Part shown: positions 1-10,239 of the stretch, piece after piece
Layout of the letters: each line of letters opens with the position of its first letter
How positions within the stretch are numbered: the first letter of the stretch is position 1
Assembly (NCBI GenBank): GCA_964291285.2
Contig: OZ219785.1
Location: forward strand, 1,120,001 to 1,184,000
Reading direction: 5' to 3'
Length of the DNA: 64,000 bases
DNA from: Alphaproteobacteria bacterium
GTDB taxonomy: Bacteria > Pseudomonadota > Alphaproteobacteria > Bin95
Program-made: the position numbers and the translations under genes
The notes under the pieces: model-generated
Told to the model about the DNA's origin: nothing
Database searches by the model: none
Seen by the model: the letters and a program-made list of their open reading frames with translations, nothing else

Positions 1-31
1 GAAGGGGCATTCGAACAGGGGGAGGACAGTC

Positions 32-811
32 ATGGATCTCGGAATCGCAGGTAAGCGGGCCATCGTCGGCGCCGCCAGCAAGGGGCTCGGCAAGGGCTGC
101 GCCATGGCGCTCGCCGAGGAGGGCGTGCATCTGGTCATCAATGCCCGCACGGCCTCGGAACTCGAGGCGACGGCCGAGGAAATCCGTTCGGCCACCGGCG
201 TCGAGGTGAAGGCCGTCACCGGCGACATCACGCGTCCCGAGATCCGGCAGGCGATCCTCGCCGCCTGCCCCGAGCCGGACATACTGGTCACCAATGCGGG
301 CGGGCCGGCGCCCGGCAATTTCCGCACCGACACGCGCGAGCGCTGGCTGGCGGCGCTGGAAGCCCAGCTTTTCGGACATGCGGAGATGATCACCGCGGTC
401 GTGGACGGCATGGCGGAGCGCGGCTTCGGGCGCATCGTCAACATCACCTCGCAATCGACCAAGATGCCGGTGCCCAATCTCGGCCTCTCGACGTCGGCGC
501 GCCTTGCGCTCCAAGGCTTTTGCAACACCATCTGCCGCGAGGTCGTGGACCGCAATGTCGTCATCAACAACCTGCTGCCGGGGCCGTTCGACACCGACCG
601 GCTGCAGAGCGGCATCGTCCACGCGGCGAACCAGGCCGGCATCGACGTGGACGCGGCGCGCAAGCAGCGCATGGCCGCCACGCCGGCCGGGCGCTTCGGC
701 ACCGCCGAGGAGTTCGGCAAGGTCTGCGCCTTCCTCTGCAGCGAGCATGTAGGCTTCATGACCGCCAACAGCGTGCTGATGGACGGCGGCCTGTATCCGG
801 GGACCTTCTGA
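32..811 (+). CDS. SDR family oxidoreductase (FabG-like)
   Basis: GAASKGLG nucleotide-binding motif, NAGG, GRIVNITS, C-terminal GRFG...DGG; GGAGG RBS upstream. Confidence 0.9.
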   Translation: MDLGIAGKRAIVGAASKGLGKGCAMALAEEGVHLVINARTASELEATAEEIRSATGVEVKAVTGDITRPEIRQAILAACPEPDILVTNAGGPAPGNFRTDTRERWLAALEAQLFGHAEMITAVVDGMAERGFGRIVNITSQSTKMPVPNLGLSTSARLALQGFCNTICREVVDRNVVINNLLPGPFDTDRLQSGIVHAANQAGIDVDAARKQRMAATPAGRFGTAEEFGKVCAFLCSEHVGFMTANSVLMDGGLYPGTF

Positions 812-873
812 GCCATGCACGACACGGTCATTCGCGGCGCAGGCGGCATGACGGCGCCGGGAAGGCTTCGGCG

Positions 874-1476
874 ATGATCAGAGCAGCCGATCTCGATCAT
901 TTCGTCCGTGCGCTCGGTCGCGCCGTGCGCGAGGCGGTGCCGCCGGGCGGACCCGAAGCCGCGCTCGCGGCACGCATATTCGACGCGCTGGAGACGCCGG
1001 GAGAGCTGCCGGCCGCCAGTCTGAAGCCGAGCCGCCCCGCCCCGGCCGACGCGCTGGACACCGCCTTCGCGCTCGCAGCGCAGGGGCCGGAGCCGGTGCA
1101 GCATGTGGCGGGCGCGCTCCGGGCGATGGATGCGCGGCTGGCCTGGGGACCGAGGCTCGGCAGCGAGACCGATCCGGCCTTCCGCAAGGCCCACGCCAAT
1201 GCCGTGCTGGCCGGCGCGGACGGCCTGGAGCGGCGCGAGGATGCGCGCATCGGCGTCAGCCTCGTGGCGCCGCACACCGACTATGTGAAGCACAATCACC
1301 CGCCGGAGGAGCTCTATTTCGTACTCGCGCCCGGCGACTGGTGGCGCGAGGACCTGGGCTGGCGGGCGCGGCCGGCGGGCAGCATCCAGCACAACCCGCC
1401 CCATGCCTGGCATGCCATGCGCACGGGCGAAACGCCGCTGCTCGCGGTCTGGTGCCTCTGGACGGCGGCCGCCTGA
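874..1476 (+). CDS. Cupin of the DMSP-lyase (DddL/DddQ-like) family
   Basis: Cupin motifs HNHPPEELYFVL and HNPPHAWHAMRT followed by PLLAVWCLW; ATG at 874 in the frame of ORF 520..1476. Confidence 0.7.
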   Translation: MIRAADLDHFVRALGRAVREAVPPGGPEAALAARIFDALETPGELPAASLKPSRPAPADALDTAFALAAQGPEPVQHVAGALRAMDARLAWGPRLGSETDPAFRKAHANAVLAGADGLERREDARIGVSLVAPHTDYVKHNHPPEELYFVLAPGDWWREDLGWRARPAGSIQHNPPHAWHAMRTGETPLLAVWCLWTAAA

Positions 1477-1540
1477 CCCCCGCGGCGAGAGGCGGGCACG
1501 GCGATCCCGGCCATAACCGCTCAGTGAAATCCGGGCTAGA

Positions 1541-2806
1541 ATGGCCGCAATGCAGCGCTATTCGATCTTTTCGCTTCTAAGGCACGCGGTCTCCGGGCAT
1601 CGGGACTGGGAGCCGGCCTGGCGCGCGCCGGAGCCGAAATCCTCCTACGATGTCGTCATCGTCGGCGGCGGCGGACACGGCCTCGCCGCGGCCTACTATC
1701 TCGCCCGCAACCACGGCATAACGAATGTCGCCGTGCTGGAGCGGGGCTGGATCGGCGGCGGCAATACCGGGCGCAACACCACCATCGTGCGGTCCAACTA
1801 CCTGCTGCCGGAGAACCAGCGCTTCTACGAGCACTCGCTCAAGCTCTGGGAGGGGCTGAGCCGCGACCTCAACTACAATGTGATGTTCTCGCAGCGCGGC
1901 GTCATCAACGTCTTCCACACCGACGCCCAGCGCGACTACTGGGTGCGCCGGCACAACGGCATGCGCTACGCCGGCATCGACGCGGAACTGCTGACGCGCG
2001 CGGACCTGGCGCGGCTGGTCCCGGCGCTCAACCTCTCGCCGGACATCCGCCACCCCATCGTCGGCGGCGTGATGCAGCCGCGCGGCGGCGTCGCCCGCCA
2101 CGACGCCGTCGCCTGGGGCTATGCGCGCGCCGCCGATGCGCTGGGGGTGGATATCATCCAGGACTGCGAGGTGACCGGCATCGACGTCCAGGCCGGCAGG
2201 GTCACGGGACTGCAGACGAGCCGGGGGCCCATCGGCGCCGGCCGCATCGGCCTCGCGGTCGCCGGCCACTCCTCGCGGCTGGCGGAAATGGCGGGCATCC
2301 GCCTGCCCATCGAGACGCACCTGCTCACGGCGACGGTGTCGGAGCCAGTCAAACCCTTCATGGACAAGGTCGTCTCGGTGGCGGCGGCGCATGTCTATGT
2401 CAGCCAGACGGACAAGGGCGAAGTGCTGATCGGCGGCGCCCTCGACGGCTACAATTCCTGGTCGCAGCGCGGCAGCCCCGCGCGGCTGGAGGACATATTG
2501 TCGGCGGCCTGCGAGTATTTCCCGCGCGTCTCGCGCCTGCGCCAGCTCCGCCATTGGGCCGGCGTCATGGACATGAGCATGGACGGCAGCCCGATCATCG
2601 CCAAACTGCCGGTCGAGGGCCTCGCCATGACCGGCGGCTGGTGCTACGGCGGCTTCAAGGCGACGCCCGCCTCCGGCTGGTGCCTGGCCTGGACGCTCGC
2701 CAACGATGCGCCGCACGCGCTGAACGCGCCCTTCTCGCTCGAACGCTTCCGCACCGGGGCCGTGCTGGACGAAAACGGCGCCGGGCCGGTGGCGTGGGGA
2801 CATTGA
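1541..2806 (+). CDS. soxB: Sarcosine oxidase subunit beta
   Basis: GGGGHGLA FAD motif, GGGNTGRNTTIVRSNY, ARHDAVAWGYAR; first gene of BDAG order; start may be 1550. Confidence 0.93.
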   Translation: MAAMQRYSIFSLLRHAVSGHRDWEPAWRAPEPKSSYDVVIVGGGGHGLAAAYYLARNHGITNVAVLERGWIGGGNTGRNTTIVRSNYLLPENQRFYEHSLKLWEGLSRDLNYNVMFSQRGVINVFHTDAQRDYWVRRHNGMRYAGIDAELLTRADLARLVPALNLSPDIRHPIVGGVMQPRGGVARHDAVAWGYARAADALGVDIIQDCEVTGIDVQAGRVTGLQTSRGPIGAGRIGLAVAGHSSRLAEMAGIRLPIETHLLTATVSEPVKPFMDKVVSVAAAHVYVSQTDKGEVLIGGALDGYNSWSQRGSPARLEDILSAACEYFPRVSRLRQLRHWAGVMDMSMDGSPIIAKLPVEGLAMTGGWCYGGFKATPASGWCLAWTLANDAPHALNAPFSLERFRTGAVLDENGAGPVAWGH

Positions 2807-2819
2807 GGGTACCGGACGC

Positions 2820-3080
2820 ATGCTGCTGATTCCCTGCCCCTTCTGCGGCGCGCGCGACGAGACGGAGTTCGTCTATGGCGGCGAAGCCGGGGTCGAACGC
2901 CCGGCCGACCCCGGGGCCGCGACCGACGAAGCCTGGACCGACTATCTCTGCTTCCACGACAACCCGAAGGGCCTGCATCGCGAACTCTGGTTCCACCGCG
3001 ACGGCTGCCGGCGCTGGCTGACGGTCGAGCGCGATACTTACACCCACGAGCTCCGCTCGGCGCGGTTGAGCCGGCCATGA
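2820..3080 (+). CDS. soxD: Sarcosine oxidase subunit delta
   Basis: MLLIPCPFCGARDETEF, NPKG, ELWFH..GCRRW zinc-binding pattern. Confidence 0.93.
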   Translation: MLLIPCPFCGARDETEFVYGGEAGVERPADPGAATDEAWTDYLCFHDNPKGLHRELWFHRDGCRRWLTVERDTYTHELRSARLSRP

Positions 3081-6025
3081 GGCGCCAGCCCTTCCGCACC
3101 GCAGAGGGCGGCCACCTGATCGACCGCTCGGAGCCGCTGCGCTTCGATTTCGACGGCCACCGCCATGAAGGATACCGCGGCGACAGCCTGGCCTCCGGGC
3201 TGCTGGCGGCCGGCGTGCGCATCGCGGCGCGAAGCTTCAAATACCACCGCCCGCGCGGCGTCTGGGGCTTCGGCTCCGAAGAGCCGAACGCCATGGTGAC
3301 GACGGGTGTGAGGGAGGAGGCCCGGCCGAACCTGAAGGCGACGGAGGTTCCGCTCTCGGACGGCCTCAGGGCCTCCGGGCAGAACGCCTGGCCCTCCGTC
3401 GCGTGGGACCTCGGCGGCGCGCTTGGCCTTGCCGGCAGCATCCTGCCTGCGGGGTTCTACTACAAGACCTTCATGTGGCCGCCGCGCTGGTGGCTCGCGC
3501 TCTACGAACCGCTGATCCGGCGCATGGCGGGCTTCGGCCCGGCCCCGCCTGTGCCCGACGACGCCTTCTACGCCAAGCGGCGCATCAATGCCGACGTGCT
3601 GGTGGCGGGCGGCGGGCCGGCGGGCGTGGCGGCGGCGCTGGCGGCCGCGCGCGCCGGGGCGCGGGTCGTGCTCGCCGACGAGAATGTCCGCTTCGGCGGC
3701 GACCTGCTGCGCGCGCCGGGCGAGATCGGCGACGGCGACGGGCTCGCCTGGATCGACGCCGCGACTGCCGAGCTCGAAGGGATGAGCAATGTCCGCCTGC
3801 TCCGCCGCGCCACCGTCGCCGGCTATTACGACCACAACCTGCTGACGGTCGCCGAGCGGGCCGGCGGGGACGCGCCGCCGGGCGCGCCGGAAACCCGCCT
3901 CTGGTTCGTGCGGGCGCGGGACGTGGTGATCGCCGCCGGCGCGCATGAGCGCCCGCTGCTCTTCGCCGGCAACGACCGGCCGGGCGTCATGTCGGCGTCC
4001 GCGGCCGGCGGCTACGCCCATGCCTACGGCGTGCTGGCCGGGCGGCGCGCCGTGGTCGCGGGCAACAATGACAGCATCTACCGGGTGGCCCGGCTGCTGC
4101 GGAGCGCGGGCGCCTCCATCGCCGCCGTAGCCGATACCCGCTCCGGCGGCGATGCGCGCGACCTGCCCTGCCGCGCGAACCGGGCCGTCGAACGGGTGCT
4201 CGGCAGCCGCCGGGTGCGCGGCGCGCTGCTCCAACGGGCGGATGGCCGGGCAGGCGGCCGGGGCGAACGCATCGCCTGCGACCTCGTCGCCGTCGCCGGC
4301 GGCTGGAGCCCGGCGGTGCATCTGCACGCCCAGGCGCGCGGCAGCCTGCGCTACGACGAGGAGCGGGGGCTGATCCTGCCCGACAGGCCGGGCGGCGCGA
4401 ACCGGAGCGCGGGCGCGGCGGCCGGGCGCTTCGACCTCGACGGCTGCCTGGCGGAAGGCTGGGCCGCGGGGATTGCCGCGGCTGCATCCTCGGGGCACGA
4501 ACGGGCCGCCGGCGAGCCGCCGCGTTCGCCCGACCGCAGCGCCGGGGACGCGCCCGTCTTCTGGCAGCCGGGCGGCGGCAAGCGCTTCGTCGATCTGCAA
4601 TATGACGTGACCGCAGCGGATGTGGAGCTCGCCGCGCGCGAGGGCTACCGCTCGGTCGAGCATGTGAAGCGCTACACCGCGCTCGGCATGGGCACCGACC
4701 AGGGCAAGACCTCCGGCATGGCGGGCCTCGTCCTGCTGTCCGAGGCGCTCGGCCGGTCCGTCGCGCAGACGGGCACGACGACCTTCCGCCCGCCCTATAC
4801 GCCCGTGCCGATGGCGGCCATGGCCGCCGGCCTCACCGGCGAGGGCCGGGACGCGCTGCGCCGCACGGCGGCCGACGACTGGCACGAGGCGCGCGGCGCC
4901 CCCTTCACCGCCGCCGGCCACTGGCGCCGGCCCCGCTACTATCCGCGCGAGGGCATGAGCGAGGACGAGGCCATCGAGGCGGAAGTGCGCGAGACCCGCG
5001 CCGGGGTCGGCATCGTGGATGTCGGCACGCTCGGCAAGGTCGATATCCAGGGCCGCGACGCCGCGGCCTTCCTCGACCTCGTCTACGCCAACCGGATGTC
5101 CAGCCTGAAGACCGGACGCGGGCGCTACGGGCTGATGCTGCGCGAGGACGGGCGCGTGTTCGACGACGGCGTCGTCATGCGGCTTGGCGAAAACCACTTC
5201 TACCTGACCACCACGACCGCGCACCAGCACGCCGCGATGGAGCACATGGAATACCTGCTCCAGACCGTCTGGCCGGAGCTTGAGGTCTATGCGACCGACG
5301 TCACCGAGCACTGGTTCGCCGCCGCGCTGGCCGGCCCCGGCTCGCGGGCGCTGCTGGGCGAGGCCGCGCCCGGACTCGACCTGTCGGACGACGCCTTCCC
5401 GATGATGGCGGTGCACGCGGCCGCGGTCGCCGACCTGCCCGCGCTCGTCTTCCGCATGAGCTATTCAGGCGAGCTTTCCTACGAGGTCGCCGTGCCCGCC
5501 GATTGCGGCCTGGCGCTCTGGACGCGGCTGCTGACGGCCGGGCGCGAGCACGGCCTGACGCCTTACGGCACCGAGGCGATGGGCGTCATGCGCATCGAGA
5601 AGGGGCATGTCACCCACGCCGAGGCGGACGGGCGCACGACCCCGGACGATCTGGGGCTCGGGCGCATGGTCAGGGCGGATGCGCGCAGCGTCGGCGTGCG
5701 CTCGCTGGACCTGCCGGCGCTCCGCCGGAAGGGCCGCCAGCAGCTTGTCGGGCTCTCCGTCATCGACGCGCAGGCTCGGATCCCGCCCGGCTGCCAGGTG
5801 GCGGAGAGCGGCGACATGCGCCCCGCCCCGCCGCTCGGCCACGTCACCTCCTTCTGCTACAGCCCGACGCTCGGCCGCGCGCTCGCGCTCGCGCTGGTCG
5901 AGAACGGGCGGGCGCGGACCGGCCAGACGGTCCATGTCGCCTCGCCGGTCACCGGCTTCTCCACGGCGGCGGAGGTCGTGTCGCCGGTGTTCTACGACCC
6001 GGAAGGGGTGCGCCTCCGTGGTTGA
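3077..6025 (+). CDS. soxA: Sarcosine oxidase subunit alpha
   Basis: RSFKYHRPRG, GFYYKTFMWP, KRYTALGMGTDQGK, C-terminal GcvT-like folate-binding domain. Confidence 0.93.
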   Translation: MRRQPFRTAEGGHLIDRSEPLRFDFDGHRHEGYRGDSLASGLLAAGVRIAARSFKYHRPRGVWGFGSEEPNAMVTTGVREEARPNLKATEVPLSDGLRASGQNAWPSVAWDLGGALGLAGSILPAGFYYKTFMWPPRWWLALYEPLIRRMAGFGPAPPVPDDAFYAKRRINADVLVAGGGPAGVAAALAAARAGARVVLADENVRFGGDLLRAPGEIGDGDGLAWIDAATAELEGMSNVRLLRRATVAGYYDHNLLTVAERAGGDAPPGAPETRLWFVRARDVVIAAGAHERPLLFAGNDRPGVMSASAAGGYAHAYGVLAGRRAVVAGNNDSIYRVARLLRSAGASIAAVADTRSGGDARDLPCRANRAVERVLGSRRVRGALLQRADGRAGGRGERIACDLVAVAGGWSPAVHLHAQARGSLRYDEERGLILPDRPGGANRSAGAAAGRFDLDGCLAEGWAAGIAAAASSGHERAAGEPPRSPDRSAGDAPVFWQPGGGKRFVDLQYDVTAADVELAAREGYRSVEHVKRYTALGMGTDQGKTSGMAGLVLLSEALGRSVAQTGTTTFRPPYTPVPMAAMAAGLTGEGRDALRRTAADDWHEARGAPFTAAGHWRRPRYYPREGMSEDEAIEAEVRETRAGVGIVDVGTLGKVDIQGRDAAAFLDLVYANRMSSLKTGRGRYGLMLREDGRVFDDGVVMRLGENHFYLTTTTAHQHAAMEHMEYLLQTVWPELEVYATDVTEHWFAAALAGPGSRALLGEAAPGLDLSDDAFPMMAVHAAAVADLPALVFRMSYSGELSYEVAVPADCGLALWTRLLTAGREHGLTPYGTEAMGVMRIEKGHVTHAEADGRTTPDDLGLGRMVRADARSVGVRSLDLPALRRKGRQQLVGLSVIDAQARIPPGCQVAESGDMRPAPPLGHVTSFCYSPTLGRALALALVENGRARTGQTVHVASPVTGFSTAAEVVSPVFYDPEGVRLRG

Positions 6026-6623
6026 CGACGCAACCGACGCGCGGCGCAGCGCGCTCGCCGGGCTGGACCTCGGCTCGCGCGCCGGCGGGGCGGGCGGCGT
6101 CCTGCTGGGCGAGGGGCCGGCGCGGGAGAGCTTCGTCCTGCGCGGCCCGGCGGACGACCCGGCCTTCGCGCAGGCGGTCGAAGCGGCGCTGGGCGCGGGC
6201 CTGCCGCCGGAGCCCGGCGAGGCGCGGGAATGCAGGGAGGAGGCGCTGCTCATCCGCCTCGGCCCCGACGAATGGCGCCTCATCGCGCCTTTGTCGGACG
6301 ACGGCCGGCTCGCCGCCCGCCTCGCCTCGGAACTCGCCGGCGGGCGGGGCGCGCTCGTCAACGTCTCCTCCGCCTCGACCGTGATTACCGTCGCGGGCGA
6401 ACACGCGGCGGACCTGCTGGCGACCGGCACCGGCATCGACCTCGACCCGGCGGCCTTTCCTCCGGGCCGGGCGGTGCGCACCCGCATCGGCAACGCCCAG
6501 GCGCTCGTCCACCGCAGGGCCGAGGACGTCTTCGATCTCCACGTCCCGCGCAGCTATGTCCGCTCCTTCTGGGAATGGCTGGAAGAGCGCGGCCGCGAGT
6601 TCGACGCCGCCGTCGCGCTCTGA
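6018..6623 (+). CDS. soxG: Sarcosine oxidase subunit gamma
   Basis: LGPDEW, IDLDPAAF, RSYVRSFWEWL; GTG start overlapping the soxA stop. Confidence 0.85.
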   Translation: MVDDATDARRSALAGLDLGSRAGGAGGVLLGEGPARESFVLRGPADDPAFAQAVEAALGAGLPPEPGEARECREEALLIRLGPDEWRLIAPLSDDGRLAARLASELAGGRGALVNVSSASTVITVAGEHAADLLATGTGIDLDPAAFPPGRAVRTRIGNAQALVHRRAEDVFDLHVPRSYVRSFWEWLEERGREFDAAVAL

Positions 6624-6641
6624 GGCGGAGGACAGCAGCTT

Positions 6642-7052
6642 ATGGGCGAACTCGTAGCTATCGCGAGGCTTGAGAACACTTTCGACAGAGGCATCGTCGA
6701 ACAGGGCTACGGCGATGCAGGCGCTATTCGTGCAACCAGTGTTGAAGTCGTCGTGAACACTGCCACCGCGATGTTGATGTTGCCCGAAACCGTGGTTGAA
6801 CGCCTCGGACTTGAGGCCCGGCGGCGCGCGATAGTCGTCGATGCAGACGGCAGCAGGGAAATACGGCCGGTTGCCGGTCCCGTCACCGTAGAGATCTGCG
6901 GACGATCGGCATGCACCTCCTGCATCGTTGGTCCGCCGATGAGCGTGGCATCGGTCGGCCGTTCCGTGCTTCTGGAGCTCGACCTGATTTCCGGCGGGCT
7001 TGGGCCCGGCCTTTATCCACGACATCCCGATTACCCGATTCTGAGGCTCTGA
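6642..7052 (+). CDS. Clan AA (retropepsin-like) aspartic protease homologue with degenerate active site
   Basis: [23 protein letters not shown] resembles the VDTGA..L.LP..V.E.LGL signature; ADG flap-like motif; GGAGG RBS. Confidence 0.65.
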   Translation: MGELVAIARLENTFDRGIVEQGYGDAGAIRATSVEVVVNTATAMLMLPETVVERLGLEARRRAIVVDADGSREIRPVAGPVTVEICGRSACTSCIVGPPMSVASVGRSVLLELDLISGGLGPGLYPRHPDYPILRL

Positions 7053-7579
7053 TGGGCACAGTCCTCCCGGTCGAGCCGCTGACCCGCGCCGCCTTCGCGC
7101 CCTTCGGCGATGTGATCGAGACGGAGGGCGCGCGGCACTTCGAGATCAATGACGGCCGGGCGACCCGCTTCCACGACCTCGCCCGCATCGATGTGGAGGC
7201 GGAAGGCGGACATGCGGTGGTCAACATCTTCCGCGCCCGCCCGCTGCCCATGCCGCTGACAATCGCGATGGTGGAGAAGCACCCGCTCGGCTCGCAGGCC
7301 TTCGTCCCACTCGACGCCGCGCCCTTCCTGGTCGTCGTCGCGCCGCCCGGAGAGACGGTCGCGCCGGACGGCCTCCGCGCCTTCCTCGCGCGCGGCGGCC
7401 AGGGCGTCAACTACGCCCCCGGCGTCTGGCACCACCCCGTCATCGCGCTCGGCCGCGAGACCGATTTCCTCGTCATCGACCGCGGCGGCCCCGGCGACAA
7501 TCTCGCGGAGTTCTTCTTCGACGCGGGCGAGCGCCGTGTCGTCGAGGTCAGTCGGCCGGCGGAGACGGCAGCGCCCTGA
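7052..7579 (+). CDS. allA: Ureidoglycolate lyase
   Basis: [43 protein letters not shown]. Confidence 0.92.
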   Translation: MGTVLPVEPLTRAAFAPFGDVIETEGARHFEINDGRATRFHDLARIDVEAEGGHAVVNIFRARPLPMPLTIAMVEKHPLGSQAFVPLDAAPFLVVVAPPGETVAPDGLRAFLARGGQGVNYAPGVWHHPVIALGRETDFLVIDRGGPGDNLAEFFFDAGERRVVEVSRPAETAAP

Positions 7580-9365
7580 GCGCCTCCAGGAACGCCTCGC
7601 CGTAGCGCCGCAGCTTCGTCGCGCCGACGCCGGGGACTTCGGCCATCTCGGCCAGGGTGGCGGGGCGGCGGTCGAGCATGGCGTGGAGGGCGCTGTCGGG
7701 GAACACGACGTAGGGCGGGACGTTCTGCTCCTGAGCCAGCCTGCGGCGGAGCGCGCGGAGCGCCTCGAAGCCTTCCCGGTCGGGGGAGGCCGTCGGCGCG
7801 CCCCGCTCCTTGCGCTCCCTCGGCTGCCGGGCCGGGCGGGCCTCCCGCTTCTCCAGCCGCAACTGCACCTGCCGCTCGCCGCGCAGCACGGCGCGGGCGT
7901 CCGGGCCGAGGCGGAGCACGGTGAAGCTCTCCAGGCTCTCCTCCGCGACCAGTTCCGCCGCCAACAACTGGCGCAGGATCGAGCGCCATTCGCCAACGCC
8001 CCGGGCCTTGCCGACGCCGAAAGTCGGCAGCCGGTCGTGCCGGAGCCTGAGGACGCGCTCGGTCTCCCGCCCGCGCAGCACGTCGATAATGTGCCCGCGG
8101 CCGAAGCGCTGGCCCGTGCGGTAGATCGCGGAGAGCGCCATCTGCGCCGCCTCCATGCCGTCGAACATCTCGGGCGGGTCCAGACAGACATCGCAATTGC
8201 CGCAGGGCTCGCAGTCGTCGCCGAAATAGCCGAGCAGGATGCGCCGCCGGCATGTCGCCGCCTCGGCATAGCCGACCAGCGCCTCCAGCTTGCCCCGCTC
8301 GACGCGCTTCTGCTCGTCGGAGGCTTCGGACTCGTCGATGAAGCGTCCCAATTGGGTCAAGTCTCCCGGCCCGTAGAGCATCCAGGCTTCCGCCGGCAGG
8401 CCGTCGCGCCCGGCCCGGCCGGTCTCCTGGTAGTAGGCTTCGAGGCTCTTCGGCAGGTCGAGATGGGCGACGAAGCGCACGTCCGGCTTGTCGATGCCCA
8501 TGCCGAAGGCGACCGTCGCCACCATCACCGCATCGTCCGAGGCGACGAACCGCGCCTGGGCGTCGGCCCGCTCCTCCGCCTCCATGCCGGCATGGTAGGC
8601 GAGCGCGCGCACGCCGGCCCCGTTCAGCGCGTCCGCCACTTGCTCGACCCGCTTGCGCGTCATGCAATAGACGATGCCGGCCTCGCCCCGCCGCCCGGCG
8701 AGGAAGGCCAGCAGCTGGTCCACGCGCTTCCCGCGCGGCCGGACCGTGTAGCGGATGTTCGGCCGGTCGAAGCCGGAGACGAAGCGCTCCGCCCCCTCCA
8801 GCCGGAGTTCGCGCAGTATGTCGGCGCGGGTCGCCTCGTCGGCGGTCGCGGTCAGCGCGATCCGGGGCACGGCCGGGAACCGCTCGGCCAGCACCGCAAG
8901 CTGGCGGTAGTCCGGGCGGAAGTCGTGGCCCCACTGGCTGACGCAGTGCGCCTCGTCGATGGCGAACAGCGCGAGCGGCGCCCGCGCCAGCAGCTCCAGG
9001 AAGCCCGGCGCGGCGAAGCGCTCCGGCGAGACATAGACGAGGTCGAGCCGGCCCTCGCGCACCGCCCGCTCGACGCCTGCCCGCTCCCGCCCGTCGAGCG
9101 CCGAGTTGAGCGCGGCCGCCACCACCCCGTTCTGGGCGAGCGCCGCCACCTGGTCCTGCATCAGCGCGATCAACGGCGAGACGACGACCGCCACGCCCGG
9201 CCGGACCAGCGCCGGCACCTGGTAGCAGAGCGACTTGCCCGCGCCCGTCGGCATCAGCACCAGCGCGTCCCGGCCCGCCACCACCGCGTCGATGGCCGCG
9301 CGCTGGTGGCCGCGGAACGCCTCGTGGCCGAAGACCCGCCGCAGGACCTCCAGCGGGTCCGGCAC
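7548..9365 (-). CDS. recQ: ATP-dependent DNA helicase RecQ
   Basis: [33 protein letters not shown], Zn/RQC region and C-terminal HRDC domain. Confidence 0.97.
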   Translation of the reverse strand: MPDPLEVLRRVFGHEAFRGHQRAAIDAVVAGRDALVLMPTGAGKSLCYQVPALVRPGVAVVVSPLIALMQDQVAALAQNGVVAAALNSALDGRERAGVERAVREGRLDLVYVSPERFAAPGFLELLARAPLALFAIDEAHCVSQWGHDFRPDYRQLAVLAERFPAVPRIALTATADEATRADILRELRLEGAERFVSGFDRPNIRYTVRPRGKRVDQLLAFLAGRRGEAGIVYCMTRKRVEQVADALNGAGVRALAYHAGMEAEERADAQARFVASDDAVMVATVAFGMGIDKPDVRFVAHLDLPKSLEAYYQETGRAGRDGLPAEAWMLYGPGDLTQLGRFIDESEASDEQKRVERGKLEALVGYAEAATCRRRILLGYFGDDCEPCGNCDVCLDPPEMFDGMEAAQMALSAIYRTGQRFGRGHIIDVLRGRETERVLRLRHDRLPTFGVGKARGVGEWRSILRQLLAAELVAEESLESFTVLRLGPDARAVLRGERQVQLRLEKREARPARQPRERKERGAPTASPDREGFEALRALRRRLAQEQNVPPYVVFPDSALHAMLDRRPATLAEMAEVPGVGATKLRRYGEAFLEALRALPSPPAD

Positions 9366-9391
9366 GGTCCGGGAGCCGTCCGGTGGGGGCG

Positions 9392-10096
9392 TCAGCCTCT
9401 CAGCGCCCGCTCGAACAGCGCCGCCGTGCGCCCGTTGGCGAGCGCGGCGTTCTCCTCGTCATAGGGCTTGCCGCCGATGCGCGCGAAGGCGTGGTCCATG
9501 CCCGGATAGGAGTGGACCTGGGCATGGGCGTTGCCGGCGAGCCCGTCGCGGACCGCCGCCTGCGCCTCCTTCGGCACGAAGCCGTCCTCTTCCGCGATAT
9601 GCAGCATGAGCGGGGCGGAGATGTTCGCCGCCTCGTCCAGCATCTCCTCGATGCCGACGCCGTAATAACCGACATTGGCGTCGAGGTCCGCCCGGCAGGC
9701 CAGCATGTAGGCGAGCTTGCCGCCGAGGCAGAAGCCGACCGTGCCGACCCTGCCGCTGCAGCCCGCCATGGCGCGCATGTGCGCGGCGGTCGCCTTCAGG
9801 TCGTCGATGCCCTTGTCCACGTCGAAGCCCTGGTAGAGCTCGAAGGCCTTGGCCCACTCCTCGTCGGTCCGGTCGGTGATATCGACGCCCGGCTCCTGCC
9901 GCCAGAAGAGGTCCGGCGCGACGGCGACATAGCCCTGGCCCGCCCAGTATTCGGCGATGTCGCGCATGGCGTGGTTGACGCCGAAGATCTCCTGAATGCA
10001 GAGCACGCCCGGCCCCGAGCCCGAAGCCGGCATGGCGCAATAGGCCGTAAACTCTCCCGAGCCGTCGCTTGCCCGGATGGTGATGGTCTCGGCCAT
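9392..10096 (-). CDS. Dienelactone hydrolase family protein
   Basis: QEIFGVN, GFCLGG nucleophile motif, HAF; ATG at 10096 with GGAGG RBS. Confidence 0.9.
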   Translation of the reverse strand: MAETITIRASDGSGEFTAYCAMPASGSGPGVLCIQEIFGVNHAMRDIAEYWAGQGYVAVAPDLFWRQEPGVDITDRTDEEWAKAFELYQGFDVDKGIDDLKATAAHMRAMAGCSGRVGTVGFCLGGKLAYMLACRADLDANVGYYGVGIEEMLDEAANISAPLMLHIAEEDGFVPKEAQAAVRDGLAGNAHAQVHSYPGMDHAFARIGGKPYDEENAALANGRTAALFERALRG

Positions 10097-10239
10097 GTCC
10101 GGCCTCCCTCTCGAACTGCCGGGCCCGCCCGCCGGGCCCATGAACCGCGCCGGGCCAGCGCTTCCGCGAAGGGCAGCCGGCCCGCACCCTCCCTGCCACC
10201 ATAACCGCGCGCTGCGCCGCCGCACAAGCGGACCGGCGG

